Assembly (NCBI RefSeq): GCF_009914755.1
Contig: NC_060928.1
Source of the DNA: the human T2T-CHM13v2.0 reference genome, Homo sapiens
Direction: 5' to 3' (one strand)
Length of the DNA stretch: 64,000 bases
The notes under the pieces were generated by a model. It had not been told where the DNA came from. It saw only the letters and a program-made list of their open reading frames with translations, and did no database searches. The position numbers and the translations under genes were made by a program. Shown here piece by piece: positions 28,004 through 44,027 of the stretch. Position 1 is the stretch's first letter; each line of letters begins with the position of its first letter.

Positions 28004-29487
28004 TCATGCTTGAACTTAGTAGTACATGTTGTTGTTTTTTCTATCCTTGTTCTCTTTATGTGATTCTTTCAATTTCAAGTTTTTCTTGCCTCCTAGTTCT
28101 TGACATGTTGTCTTGTCTGCAGCCCTCTACTTACAATTCTGTTTTGCCATGTTCAACAACAAAATGAGTGTTCTTTTGATCTCTGAACCTTTCAGGGCAT
28201 CTACTTGAGAGCAATCGCTCATTTCCAGTTCACTGATAAGGAACATGTTGGCAGATTTAAACAAATCAAAGGAAGAAATCCAAAAGTGCTCCTTCTTGCA
28301 TCCCAATTCTGTCTTCCCTTCTTACTCAGTGTGTTTTTGGTGATTAGAACTTTACTGAGGTGTATGAATACTTTTTGTTTATGTTTTTTGTTTTACTACC
28401 TTCAAATCTAAATGTCTAGTTTTATTATAATTTTGAAAATATAATTCTGGAATGTACCTAAGATAAAAAATAATTTTCAAGTAAGAATTATGGCTCACAT
28501 ATTAATAAAATGAACACAGATCAAAGATTTAAGTCATTATTTAAATGAGAGTACTGGAAATAAGCTACAACTGGTTCAAAGAAGAATCCAAAGAAGAGCG
28601 ATTTATAGATCTGGAATGTTGAATAAATCTGCAAACAGATGCAAAACTTACTTCTAATGCAGTTGAGGAGGGAACGCAAGTGAATTTCCACAGAATTTGT
28701 TTGCATACCTATACACAGGAATTATTTTGCATTGATATCAGTTATTTACAACTTAGTGTTACAAAATAACTTTTAAGTAAATGAAAGGCACAGAGTTCCT
28801 AAAAGGATCAAATAAATTGGAAGGGTTTGTCCTAAATAATTCATAGTTTTCCTTTAGAAACACTTTTATTTCAAATGTCTTAAATTTTTTCTTACACAAT
28901 ATTGGGTATATTATTGCCTTTATACCTTGAATAGTTTTAAAATATATTCTCAAAATGAGAGTAGAAATATTCCTTTAATTTTTCCAAAACAAATCATGAT
29001 GAAACTAAAGAAGTTTTTCTCTTTGTTGTGTTAAGTATATTTTGTTATTTATTATTAGGGAATAGCATTTATGTATATACATATGTTTATAAAATAAGGT
29101 AAAACATGTAAGATTAACACATGCTCATGTTACATAATGTATGAAAAATGGTTATATTATTTTATGCAAATAATCAGGGACCAGTAATTGTGTTACCACA
29201 GGGTGTGGTTCTTGGAGATAAGGAAAGCTCTATGAGTCTTGAATGTGTTACTTCTGATATGATATTTCTGAGGTTTTTTTCTCATGTGTGGTGAAACATT
29301 TACTTTATAGATCAAGCTTAGACTTCTGTACTCTCCACATTGCTATATTAATGTTCTTACTTTGTATCAAGTAAAATAAAAAGCTGTTATAAAACATAAG
29401 TCACATGACCTCTGATGGAAGTAAGAGACTTTTGAGAAAGTTTTCTTGTTAGCTTTGCAAAATGTTATTCATCAGTCATCTGTACTG

Positions 29488-30161
29488 TGTAGGGGCAGAA
29501 AGGGTGTGATATCTTTCCTCACCCATCATGAGTCACAGCTGCAACAAAAGATAAAAGAAAAACATAGCAAATTTACTTAATCATAGTGTTATGTGACACA
29601 AAACCTTCAGAAATGAAGACCCAAAGGCCCAAGAGAAAACTGTCACTTTTATGCTTAGTTTTGATGAAGAGTGGACAGCTGTGTAGAAATGTGATTGGAC
29701 AAAAAGTGAACAATCTAATGGTAACAGACTGAGTGGGAAAAGCCAGCACCACCTGTTTGTTGAGATTCTTCTTGGCCTTTTTGCATGGCATTCCTTCCTC
29801 CCAGGTATGGGGCAGGACCTCTGAAATGAGGATCTTATTACCAACTATAACACATGGGTAGGTCAGAGAATTTCTTTATGGCCAGCTTTTTGACAGAAAG
29901 GTGAGAGACAGTTAAAGTAGGAATTCTAGTTTTTATGACTGGCTTTGGGGAAAGGGGTTTCTATCCTCACTTTTGGGAAGAGGAATTCTGGTTTCTATGA
30001 CTAACTTCAGGGGAGAATAAGAAGTGAGAGACAGGAGGGCAGGATTAGATCAGAGACCTTGGTTCTGAGGCTGCTTCTGAGGTCTTCCAACGTCCTTTAG
30101 CTCAATGTACTCTGCATGCCAAAGCTCCTTAATCTGGGGTATCATTTTCTGAGCCCCAACA
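29488..30161 (-). mobile_element. Solo ERV1 LTR (MER34/MER39 group)
   Basis: tgtagggg...ctgagccccaaca with perfect 4-bp TSD actg (29484-29487 and 30162-30165). Confidence 0.88.
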
Positions 30162-33100
30162 ACTGCTATAATGTCAGGTTTTCTTGTTTTTGGTTCATGA
30201 ATTAGTGTGGGTAAAATTTCAAGATAGTAACTCCTTTATTATAAGGTGTTTTTTTTTTCTTTTCCCCTTACAATGCATCACTCTTGTACAACATTATTTT
30301 ATTAAAATATAGCATGACATCTAAAAACAGTGGCCATTTACTTATAAAAAGTATTTCCTCTGAATGGGATACACACTGTCAACTAAGATTATAACTGACT
30401 CATACTTTTAGCAGATGAGAGGGAATTCAGTTTTTAGCAATAAAGTTCTATGATGAGTTCCCTGAAAGCTGAACATGTGTGCCCTATTGTTGAAAAGCAC
30501 AGAGACTAAAAGCCATTTTATTGACTTGAATGACAATGCATTTTACATAGAGGCTAAAAATGACTTCACTCTTTTGCAAGATGAAGAAACTGCACACTAT
30601 CAATTAAAGTGCTGTGGGCATGGGGCTGATTGAACCTTGGGAAATCTGAGTGCCTGGAAAGATAAAACACACATACAAATGCTTAGCTGGGTTAAGTGAA
30701 GCGAAAAGTCTTGCTTGGTAGTTCAGGTGAAAAAAAAAATCTTTTAAAAGGAAGTAAGTGGGGAAAAAGAAGAGATTAGTAATAACAACCAAAACCAAAC
30801 AAAAAAATCCTCAATAACAACAGTCATTTTCACCACAGGTCTTAGTAAACTACATCATTTAAAATTCCCCAATTATGCCCACATGTTGTTGTTTGGGAAT
30901 TAGAAGTAAAAAAGCAGTGCCCTAGGTTTTATTGCTTCAGATGACCTGGCTCATCATGTGGTGATCTACCACCATGTTAAATGTATGTTAAGTCTTGTTA
31001 CAAACTGACCCTTCGGAGCTCATTTAAGATGGTTTCTAACCCTGAAGTGTAAATGCACATGTTCACTTGTCCAAATTTATCTGTTCAGCTGAAATAAAAA
31101 TATGGCATTTATAATGATTTTAAGTACATTTTACTACATTAACTCAGATACACACAAATATTCATTTAAAAGCAATTTTCTGTTTGACAAAACAAATATT
31201 TGCCTGAAAATAAGTAGGATTACACAAGTTTTATTTTCCTGCTTTTCAAATTTAATTTATTTATCTTTGAAAATGAGGATTAAATTGACTAGTTAAAACG
31301 TGAGAAAAAGATTAAACCAAGATACAGTCAAATGCTGCAAATGGATAGCCAGTAGTAAAATAATAATGCTTGTACATTCAAGGGATCCCTGAACTTTGAT
31401 GTAATTTTTTTGGTGAAGGTAATGTAAATAACAATAAAGTGATCACACTGTAACACAAAAACATTAGGACAACTGGGTTTTTTTAATGGTAAAACTTTCC
31501 TGATTGTTTTGCATATACGGCTTACATGATAAATGACACATAGAGCACTCTGTTGTTTCATTATCTCATTATGGCCCATCAAGAATTATTGGCATCTAAA
31601 GCGGTGAAATTCCACAATTTTCAAAAGGCCTCTGGCCTAATGGGATCACTGAATTAAGCATAAGTAAAGTCAGTGTACTACAGACAGCAGGATCCATTTT
31701 AGAAATATGAGAAAGAACTCCATGGATGGATGGTATTCATTAATTCACTTACTCAATTTGCCATTTTACAAATTTTTCATTAATAAAGATTGATCACATT
31801 ATAAGGCCCTATGATTCACCAGAAAAACTGGTATGTTTGTTTCCATGTGCTCTATTCTTAACTTACAAAAATTGTCATTGCTTATAAGTAATTTATTTGA
31901 TTTACACAGGTAGGCATAAAATAATTCATACTGTATATCTTGCTAGTTCCCTAATACATATATATAGATGATATATATATGATAGTTAATGTATATATGA
32001 TAGTTTCTAAATAAGATGCAGATTTTCAAACTATTAAATAAGTATATCTTAAGGCATTGATAAAATATTGATAAATTTCTAATTATTTTCCAGTATCTAT
32101 TATGTACATGTAGTTATATCTGTAAGCAAAATAAAAACTAAAATGTGCCCTTTCTACATGCAACAGTATGTCATATTTGTTTAAGCTATTAAGAGCTTAT
32201 GATGAGCAACAAGATTGTAAAGTAGACAGAAATGCTATAGTGTTGTTCAGTTTATAGAAAAAAAAGTGGAGTTTCAAGGGTTAAGAAACATATTCAAATT
32301 AGTTCAAATATATTTTTCAATTTTGTTATTTCCATTAGACTTTTTTTAACGTAGTTTCATTTTTCTATTTTTAAGTTTTGTGGGTACATAGTAATTGTAT
32401 ATATTTATGGATTACATGAGATATTTTGATGCAGGCTTGCAATATGTAATAATCACATCAGGGTAATGGGGTTATCCATCACCTCAAGTATTTATCTTTT
32501 GAGTTATAAACTATCCAATTTTACTCATTTTGTCATTTTAAAATGTACAATTACATTATTTTTTACTGTACTCACCCTTTTGTGCTAGCAAACACTAGCC
32601 TCTGATAACCATACTTCCCAGCTTCTGATAACCAGCCTTCTACTCTCTATCTCCATGTGTTCAGTTGTTTTAATTTTTAGCTTCCATAAATAAGTGAGAA
32701 CATGTGAAGTCTGTCTTTCTGTGCCTGGCTTATTTCACTTAACACATGACCTCCAGTTTCATTCATGTTGTTGCAAGTGATAGGATCACATTCTTTTTTA
32801 TGTCTAAATAGTATTCCATTGTGTATATGTACCACATTTCCTTTTCCATTCATATGTTGATGGAAGTTTAGGTTGCTTCCAAATCTTGGCTATTGTGAAC
32901 AGTGCAGCAACAAACATGAGTAAGTCTTTAAATCATATTGATTTGACTTTTGTATATGGTAAGAGATAGGGGTCTAGTTTAATTCTTCTGCATATGGATA
33001 TCCAGTTTTCCCAGCACCACTTGTTAAAGAGACTGTCCTTTCCCTAGTGTATATTCTTGGCACCCTTGTCAAAAATGAGTTCACTGTATGTGTGCAAATT

Positions 33101-34551
33101 TGTTTCTGGGTTCCCTGTTCTATTCCATTGGTCTATGTGTTTGTTTTTATGCCAGTACCATGCTGCTTTGGATACTTTAGCTCTGTAGTATAATTTGAAG
33201 TTGGGTGATGTGATTCCTCTGTTTTTGTTCTTTTTGCTTAGGATATTTATATCTAGTCTGGGTGTTTTGTGGTTCCATATAAATTTTAGGATTTTGTTTC
33301 TATTTCTGTTAAAAATTTCATTGGTATTTTGATAGGAATTGCATTAAATATGTAGGTTGCTGTGGATAATATGGAAAATTCAACAATATTGATTTTTTCA
33401 ATCCACAGACATGGAAAGTCTTCCATTTTTTGTGTCCTCTTCAATTTTTGCATTGATATTTTATAGTTTTCATTGTAGAAATCTGTCACTTCTTGGTTAA
33501 TTCCTAGATATTTTATGTAATTTGTAGCTGTTTTAAGTTGGATTAATTTTTGATATCTTGTTCAGATTGTTTGCTGTCTGCATGTAGAAATGCTCTCAAT
33601 TTTTGTATGTTTATTTTATATCCAGTAACTACTGCATTTGTTTATCAGTTCTAATAGTTTCTTGGTGGAGACTTAACGGTTTTTTCAAACATAAGATCAT
33701 ATCATCTGCAAACAAGGATAATTTGACACCTTCCTTTCCAATTTGGATATCCTTTATTTCTTTCTCCCGTGTGATTGCCCTAGCTAGGACTTCTAGTACT
33801 ATGTTGAAAAGCAGTGGTGACAGTAGGCATCCTTGTCATGTTCCAGATCTTAAAGGAAAGACTTTCAATTTTTCTCAATTTTCAGTATGAATCTATCTTG
33901 AGTCTATCATATATGTCTTCCATTATGTTGAGGTATGTTCCTTCTATACCCAATTTTTAAGGGTTTTTATCATGAAGGGATGTTGAATTTTATTAAATGC
34001 TTTTTCAGCATCACTTTAAATGATCATATTATTTTTGTCCTCCATTCTGTTAATATGTTGTATCACATTGATTGATTTGCATGATTGAACCATCCTTAAA
34101 TTTTTGGGAAAAATTCCACTTGGTCATGGTGAATGATCTCTTTAATGTATTGCTGAATTCAGTTTTCTAGAACTTTTTTGTGGACTTTTTGCATCAACAT
34201 TCATCAGGGATATTGGCCTGCAGTTTTCTGTTTTTGATGTGTCTTTGGTTTTGGTATCAGGGTAATACTGGTCTCATAAAATGATTTTGGAAGTATTCCT
34301 TACTCTTTTATTTTTTAAAATAATTTGAGTAGGATTGATATTAGTTCTTTAAATGTTTGGTAGAATTCAGCAGTGAAACCATTGGATCCCATACTATTCT
34401 TTACTGGGAGAATTTTGATTACAGTTTTAATCTTGTTACTTGTTATTGTTTTGTTCAGTTTTGGATTTCCTTCTGGTTTAATCTTGGTATGTTGTATGTG
34501 TCTAGGCATTTGTCAATGTTTTCTAAATTTTCCATGTATTAGCATGTAGTG

Positions 34552-37177
<2,626 letters not shown>

Positions 37178-37444
37178 TAGCTGCTCCTAATAGCCACTAA
37201 TAATCCTTTAAATATCTGTGTTATCATTTTTAACACTTCTTTTTTTATCTCTGATGTTCTTTATTTGGGTCTTCTCTCTTTTTTCCTCACTTAGTCTGGC
37301 TAAAGGTTTGTCAATTTTGTTTAACTTTTCATAAAACTAAATTTTTGTTTCATTGATCCTTTTTATTTTCTTCATTTTAATTTTATTTCAACTCTGATTT
37401 TTACTTATTTTCTTTTAGTAATTTGCAATTTGGTTTGCTCTTTT

Positions 37445-37876
37445 TTGTAATTTACTTTTTATTTTTATTTTATCTTTCAATTTTTATATGTACATCATCA
37501 GTGTATGTATTCATGTGGAACATGAGTTGTTTTAATACAAACATGCAATGTGAAATAAGAACATCACAGAGAATGTGGTATTCATTTCCTCAAACATTTA
37601 TCATTTGAGTTAGAAACAATCCAGTTACACTGTTTTAATGTACATTGCACATTAAAAATGTACAATTAAGATATTATTGACTATAATCACATTGTTGTGC
37701 TATCAAATAGTAGGTCTTATTCATTTTTTCTATTTTTTGTACCCATTAACAAACCCTATGTCACCCGTCCCCCCAAGTCTCCCACCATACTTGCCAGCTT
37801 CTGGTAACCATTCTTCTACTCTCCATGTTTATAAGATCAATTGTTTTGATTTTTATATCTCATGAATAAGTGAGAA
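37445..37876 (-). mobile_element. Short 5'-truncated L1MA 3' end nested in L1MA ORF2
   Basis: Second L1MA 3'UTR (catgcaatgtgaaataag...aataagtgagaa); host ORF2 resumes at about 37877. Confidence 0.8.
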
Positions 37877-40800
37877 TTGTTTTTTTAGTTCTTTAAGATG
37901 CATTCTTAGGTTATTTATTTGAAGTTTTTCTTCTTTTTTGTTGTAGGCACTTACAGCTATAAAATTCCTTCTTAGTAATGCTTTCCTGTATCCCATAGCT
38001 TTTGATATGTTGTGCTTCTTTATCATTTGTTTCAAGAAATTTTTCAATTTTATTCTTAATTTCTTCATTGACCCACTGATAATTCAGGAGCATATTGTTT
38101 AATTTCAATGTATTTGTGTAGTATCCAAAATTCCTCTTATTTATTTCTAGTTTTATTCCATTGTGGTCAGAGAAGATGCTTGATATTATTTCAACTTTGT
38201 TGAATGTTTTAAGACTTGTTTTATGGTCTATGCTTGAAAATAATCCATGTGCTGAGGAAAATAATGTGTATTCTGCAGCTGTTAGATGAAAGTTCTGTAA
38301 ATACCTATTAAGTCCATTTTTTCTATAGTGCAGATTAAGTCTCATGTTTCTTTGTTGATTTTCTACCACAAAGACCTGTCTGGTGCTAAAAGTGGAGGGT
38401 GAAGTCTCCAACTACTATTGTACTGGGGCCTATTTCTCTCTCTAGCTCTAACAATATTTTCTTTATATATCTGGGTGCTCCAGTGTAAGTGGTATATATT
38501 TTTTAAATTGTTATGCTCCCTTGCTGAATTGACTTCTTTATCATTGTATAGTAAACTTCTTTGTCTCTTACAGTTTTTCTCTTGAAATCTATTATGTCTG
38601 ATGTAAGTATAGCTGTTCCTGCTTTTCTTTAGTTTCCATTGGCATTGACAATTGAAACAAATTCTGTCCATTTATTGTCAGTCTACATGTATCTTTATAG
38701 GTGAAGTGTGTTTCTTACAGGCAATAGATCACGTAGTCTTATTTTTGATCCATTCAACCACTTTATATCTTTTGATTGGAGAGTTTAGTCCATTTACCTT
38801 CAATGTTATTATTGACAAATGAGGACTTACTCCTGTCATTTTGTGATTTGTTTTCTTATTGTTTTATGGTCTCTTCTTCCTACTTTTCTTACTTCCTGTC
38901 TTCCTTTTATTGAAAGTGATTTTTTTCCAGTAGTATTTAATAATATATAATGGAGCTCTAATACATCTGGCAGCAGATTTTTCAGTGGAAACCTTTCAGG
39001 TCAGGAGAGAGTGGCATGACATATTTAAGTGGCGTTACATAATTATTTTCTTGCTTTTCATTTTTTGTGCATCCATTGTGTGTTTTTGGTTTGAGGTTAC
39101 CATGAGTCTTGCAAATACTATCTTATAACCCATTATTTTAACCTGATAATAACTTCACACTGTTTGCATAAACAAACAAGCCAAAAGAAAACTAATAAAA
39201 GCTCTATACCTACATTTTGTACCCCTACTTTTAAACTTTTTGTTGTTTCTGTTTATATCTTACTGTTCTGACAGTGTCTTGAAAAGTTGTTGTAGTTATT
39301 ATTTTTGATTGGTTCATCTTTTAGTCTTTCTACTTAGAATTAGAGTAGTTTACACACCACAGTTACAGTGTTATAATATCCAGTGTTTTTCTGTGTACTT
39401 GCTATTTCCAGTGAGTTTTGTACCTTCATGTGATTTTTGATTGCTCATTAACATTTCTTTCTTTCTCCTTGAAGTATTCCTTTTAGCATTTCCTGTAGGA
39501 CAGGTGTGCTGTTGATAAAGTCTCTGAACTTTTGTTTGTTTGAGAAATTCTTTTTATTCTCCTTCATTCTTGAAGTATATTTTAACTGGATGTACTATTT
39601 CTGGGTAATTTTCTTTTTCTTTTTTTTTTCTTTTTTGAGAGAGAGTTTCTCTGTCTTCAGTACTTAAATATGTCATGCCACTGTCTCCTGTCCTGTAAAG
39701 TTTCCACTGAAAAATCTGCTGCCAGATATATTGGAGCTCCATTGTAGACTATTTGTTTCTTTTCTCTTGCTACTTTTAGGATTCTTTATTTATCCTTGAT
39801 TTTGAGGAGTCTAATTATTTAATACCTTGAGGTAGCCTTTTTTGGGTTAAATCTACTTGGTGTTCTATAATCTTCTTGTATTTGAATGTTGATATCTTGC
39901 TGTAGATTTGGGAAGTTCTCTCATATTATCCATTTGAATAAACTTTTTATTTCTCTCTCTCTCTCTCTACCTCCTCTTTGAGGCCAAGAACTCTTACATT
40001 TGCCTGTTTTAGGCTAGTTCCTAGATCTTATGGGTGTGCTTCATTCTTTTTTGTTCCTTTTTCTTTGGTCTCCTCTTACTGTGTATGTTCAAATAGCCTA
40101 TCTTCAAGCTCACTAATTCTTTTGTCTGCTTGATCAATTCTGCTATTAAGAGACTGATGTATTTTTCAGTATGTTTATTATGTTTTTCAACTCCTGAATT
40201 TCTGCTTGATTCTTTTAAATTATTTCAATCTCTTTGTTAAATTTATGTAATAGAATTCTGATTTCCTTTTCTGTGTTCCTTGAGTTTCTTTGAATTTCCT
40301 CAACACAGCTATTTTGAATTCTTCATCTACAAGGTCACATATATTGGCTCCTCCAGCATTGATCCTTGGTGCTTTATTTAGTTCATTTGGTAGGTTATGT
40401 TTCCTGGATGGTTTGGATGTTTGTGCATGTTTGTCAGTGTCTGGGCATTGAGGAATTAGGTATTTATTGTAATTTTTGGATTTTGGGTGTGTTTGTTGCC
40501 ATCTTTCTTGGGAAGTCTTTCCAGGTATTTGAAATGACTTGAGTGTTGTGATTTAAGCCATACCTGCATTAGGGGGCACTCCAGGCCCAGTAATGCTGAG
40601 GTTCTTGCAGACTCATAGAGGTACCACCTTGGTGGCCTTGGATAAGATCTGGAGGAATTCCCTGGATTCCCAGGTAGAGACTATTGTTCCCCTCCCTTAC
40701 TTTCTCCCCAACAAATAGATTCTTTCTCCACGCTGAGCTGCCTGGAGGTGGTTGGGAAGTGACACAAACACCCCTATGGCTACCATCACTGGGACTGCGT

Positions 40801-43100
40801 TGGGTCAGACTTAAAGCCAGCACAGCACTGGATCTCGCTCAAGGCCTGCTGTAACCACTACCTGGCTACTGTCTATGTTCACTTAAGGCCTCAGGACTCT
40901 ACAATCAGCAGGTAGTGAAGCCAGCCAGGTTTATCTCTTTCTCTTCAAGGTGACAAATTCCTCACAGGCCCAGATTGTTCCATAGATGTCATCTGGGAGC
41001 CAGTGACTGAAGTCAAAATCTTTAGAAATCTAGCTGGTGTTCTCTTCTACTGTGGCTGAGGTGACACTCCAACCACGAGAAGCAGTCCTTCCTACTCCTC
41101 CTTCCCTCTTTCCACAGACAGAGGAACCTCACCCCATTGCCACCATCACCGCAGCACCATGGATAGTACTGCCAGGCTACTGCCGATATTCCTTTAAGGC
41201 TCAAGGCCCCTTCAGTCAGTTTGCAGTGAAAACTGCCAGGCCTGGGATTCACTCTTCAAAACAGTAAGCTCCCATCTGGCTCAGGTAGGAGCCAGAAATG
41301 TGGTCCAAGGACCCATGCTTGGAAGCAGGAACCTCATGTGCTTTCTTGGTGCTCTACCTCCTGTGGCTTGGCTGGTACCTAAAGTGAAAGACAAAGTCCC
41401 CTTTACTTTTCCCTCTGTTTTTCTCAAGTAGAAGGAGTCTCTCATTTTAGCCAACACAGCTGGGAATGTGCTGGGTCTCACCTGAAGCTGGCACGTCTCG
41501 GAGTCTCACCCAAGGCCTGTGGCATACTACCTAGGTATCATTATTTATTCAGGGGTCAAGGAGTCTTTACTCAGCAGGTGATGGGTCCTGCCTGGACTGC
41601 ATCCTTCCTTTCAAGACAGTGGGCTCCCTTCTGGCCCAGGGTGTGTCTTGAAATGTCATCTGGAGCTAGGGCCTGAAATGGAGGCCTCATAACTCTGACC
41701 AGTGCCCTATTGTGCAGTGTCTGAGCCAGTATCCAAGATCCAAGATAAAATTCTCTTTAGTCTCCCCTCTCCTCTCCTCAAGCAGAAGGAAGAGGTCCAT
41801 TTTGGAGCCATGAGCTGCACAGCCTCTGGTTAAGGGGGACAATGCCACAAGCACTTCTTAGCTGCACTGGCTATTGTCTCAGAAGGTCATGTGGCCCCAG
41901 TATCTACTAGCTCTGGGAGCAGCTCAGTACTAGGACTTGCCTAGGAGTTACAGTCTTTGTGTCTATGACTGCCTTTCAAGTTTAGTTAGAGCCCCAGAGC
42001 ACTTTAGCCCACAGGAGCAAGACTTGCCAGAGCTCAAGTTCTGACCACTGCAGTTGGCGATTTCCCCTTGGCTTATCTAAATGTTCTCTCTGTGGGTGAA
42101 CATCAGCTGAGTTTAGCCTGGTTTTGCTTTCTGTTGTGACAAGGCAGCACTGAGTTCAATGCAAAGTCTCACAGTTGCTGTGCTCTCCCTCTTTCAAGTG
42201 CACAGATTCTCTTTCCATGCCATGTGGCTTCTGCTAGAGGATGGGGGAAGAGTGGTGTCAGCGATTTACAACTTTCCTTCCTATCTTCTTCAATACCTCT
42301 TTCATCAATATTAAGTTAAAACCAGTTATTGTGAGTGCTCATCTGACTTGGTTCTTGTGAAGGTGATTGCTTTGGTATAGACAATTGTTAAATTTGGTGT
42401 TCCTGTGGGGAGAACTATTGATAGAGTCTTTTTTTTTTTTTTTTTTTTGGCCATCTTGCTCCACCCCCTAGTTTCTAACTTTCTGATGATACTTCCTGTC
42501 TTTTCATTCATTCAAGCACATTTTTCTTTGTCTCATTAGCATTGTTATAATGATTGCATGAAAGTCCTTGTTTGCCAGTTCCAACATGTGGATCATATCA
42601 AGATAGGCCTACACTATTTTTTTTTCTTTTGAAAATAGTACACATTTTTCTAGCTCATTGTTTATAGAATAACAGTGCTATATTGTATTATATTCTGGTC
42701 ATTGTAAGTAATCTTATACTGTGCAGACTCTAGTTTGTTATCTTTCTCTGAATAACAGAGGTTATTCAGAGGAAAATAGCAGAAGTTGCTATCATTTTAT
42801 TGAGCATTTAACTTGATTGGATTAAAGCTGTAAACTATGCTTTGTGCAGTGGCTCAAAACTCCATTCAATTCATTATATCCATTAGCTGTTCTTTTTGCA
42901 GTCTGTCCCCAACATGTGTAGTTCAGGAATCACACAGGGATATAGGCAAACTCTGTACACAGAATTGGATTCCCCCTCTCAAATTTCAGAGGCTGTGGAT
43001 TCCTCAAAGTATTTTCTGATTCTTTAGAGCAAGAAAAGGATGTGGGTTTTTACATCAATGGTTGCAGTTAAAGAGAGTTTAGTGTCAAAAAGTACTCATG

Positions 43101-43346
43101 GGCTGGGCATGATGGCTCACACCTGTTATCCTACCACTTTGGGAGGCTGAGATGGGAGGATCACTTGAGAACAGGAGTTCAAAATGAGTCTGGGCAATGT
43201 AGTGACACCCTATCTCTACAAGAAATAATAATTAGCTGGGTGTGGTGGTGTGTGCCTGTGGCCCCAGCTACTCCAGAGGCTGAGGTGAAAGGATTGCTTG
43301 AGCCCAGAAGGATGAGTCTGGATGAGACTGCAGTGAGCCATGATCA
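43101..43346 (+). mobile_element. AluJ, 3'-truncated with no poly-A
   Basis: gggaggatcacttgag and gattgcttgagccc; ends at gagccatgatca. Confidence 0.88.
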
Positions 43347-43503
43347 ACCCAGTATAACAAAGCTGACAAATTTATTTTGTTACAACAAAAGGATACAATA
43401 TAGAAAATGCATTAAGGTAAGGATATGCATTATAGCTAAAGTCTGCCTCAACAGCAAAGGGTCCAAATTCTGGAGACATCAGATGGGAATTACAATTATC
43501 CTC

Positions 43504-44027
43504 TGTAGAGACAGAAAGGGGTGATCCTTTTCCTCCCTAACATAAGGGTAATCACTGACACCACTATGACAAAGAACAGATTACAAGAGAAAAGCATAAC
43601 AATCTCCTTTACCTGCATGAGCATGGAAGCCATACAAAAAAATATAAAAACTTGAATAAAGGCCAGGTGGTTGAAGCTTAAATACTTTTTTCTTAGAGAG
43701 AGAGAAGTGATAGAGGAGCTGTAAATGAGTACAGCCACCCCTAAGACAAGAAAACAGTTTGTAAATGATTCTCTTTGGAATTTGAATGAGCCCCAGGGGC
43801 AGACATTATTTTGTGAAAAAGTCTATCCAGGTGTGGTTACATTGCTCAATCTTCTTTTCTGTTCAGGGAGGGGATGGAAGGCAATTGGTGAGTCAAGCCT
43901 TAAGGTAGAAAAATAACTTCAGAGTAAAGTTTTTTCTAGCACCTGCTGCCCTTCAAGGGCCTTCAATTTAAGATAATCCACATTCCAAAGTCCCATATTA
44001 GGGGGAAAATTCTCCAGGATTCCTTAC
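43504..44027 (-). mobile_element. Solo ERV1 LTR (MER34/39/93 group) inserted in an older LTR-like relic (about 43350-44180)
   Basis: tgtagagacagaaagggg...acagattacaagagaaaagcataac...; cctc on both flanks. Confidence 0.7.

Noticed and set aside
30170-32350. About 2 kb with no recognisable repeat
   Set aside because: No ORF, RNA gene or structure that I can support; conservation cannot be judged from sequence alone
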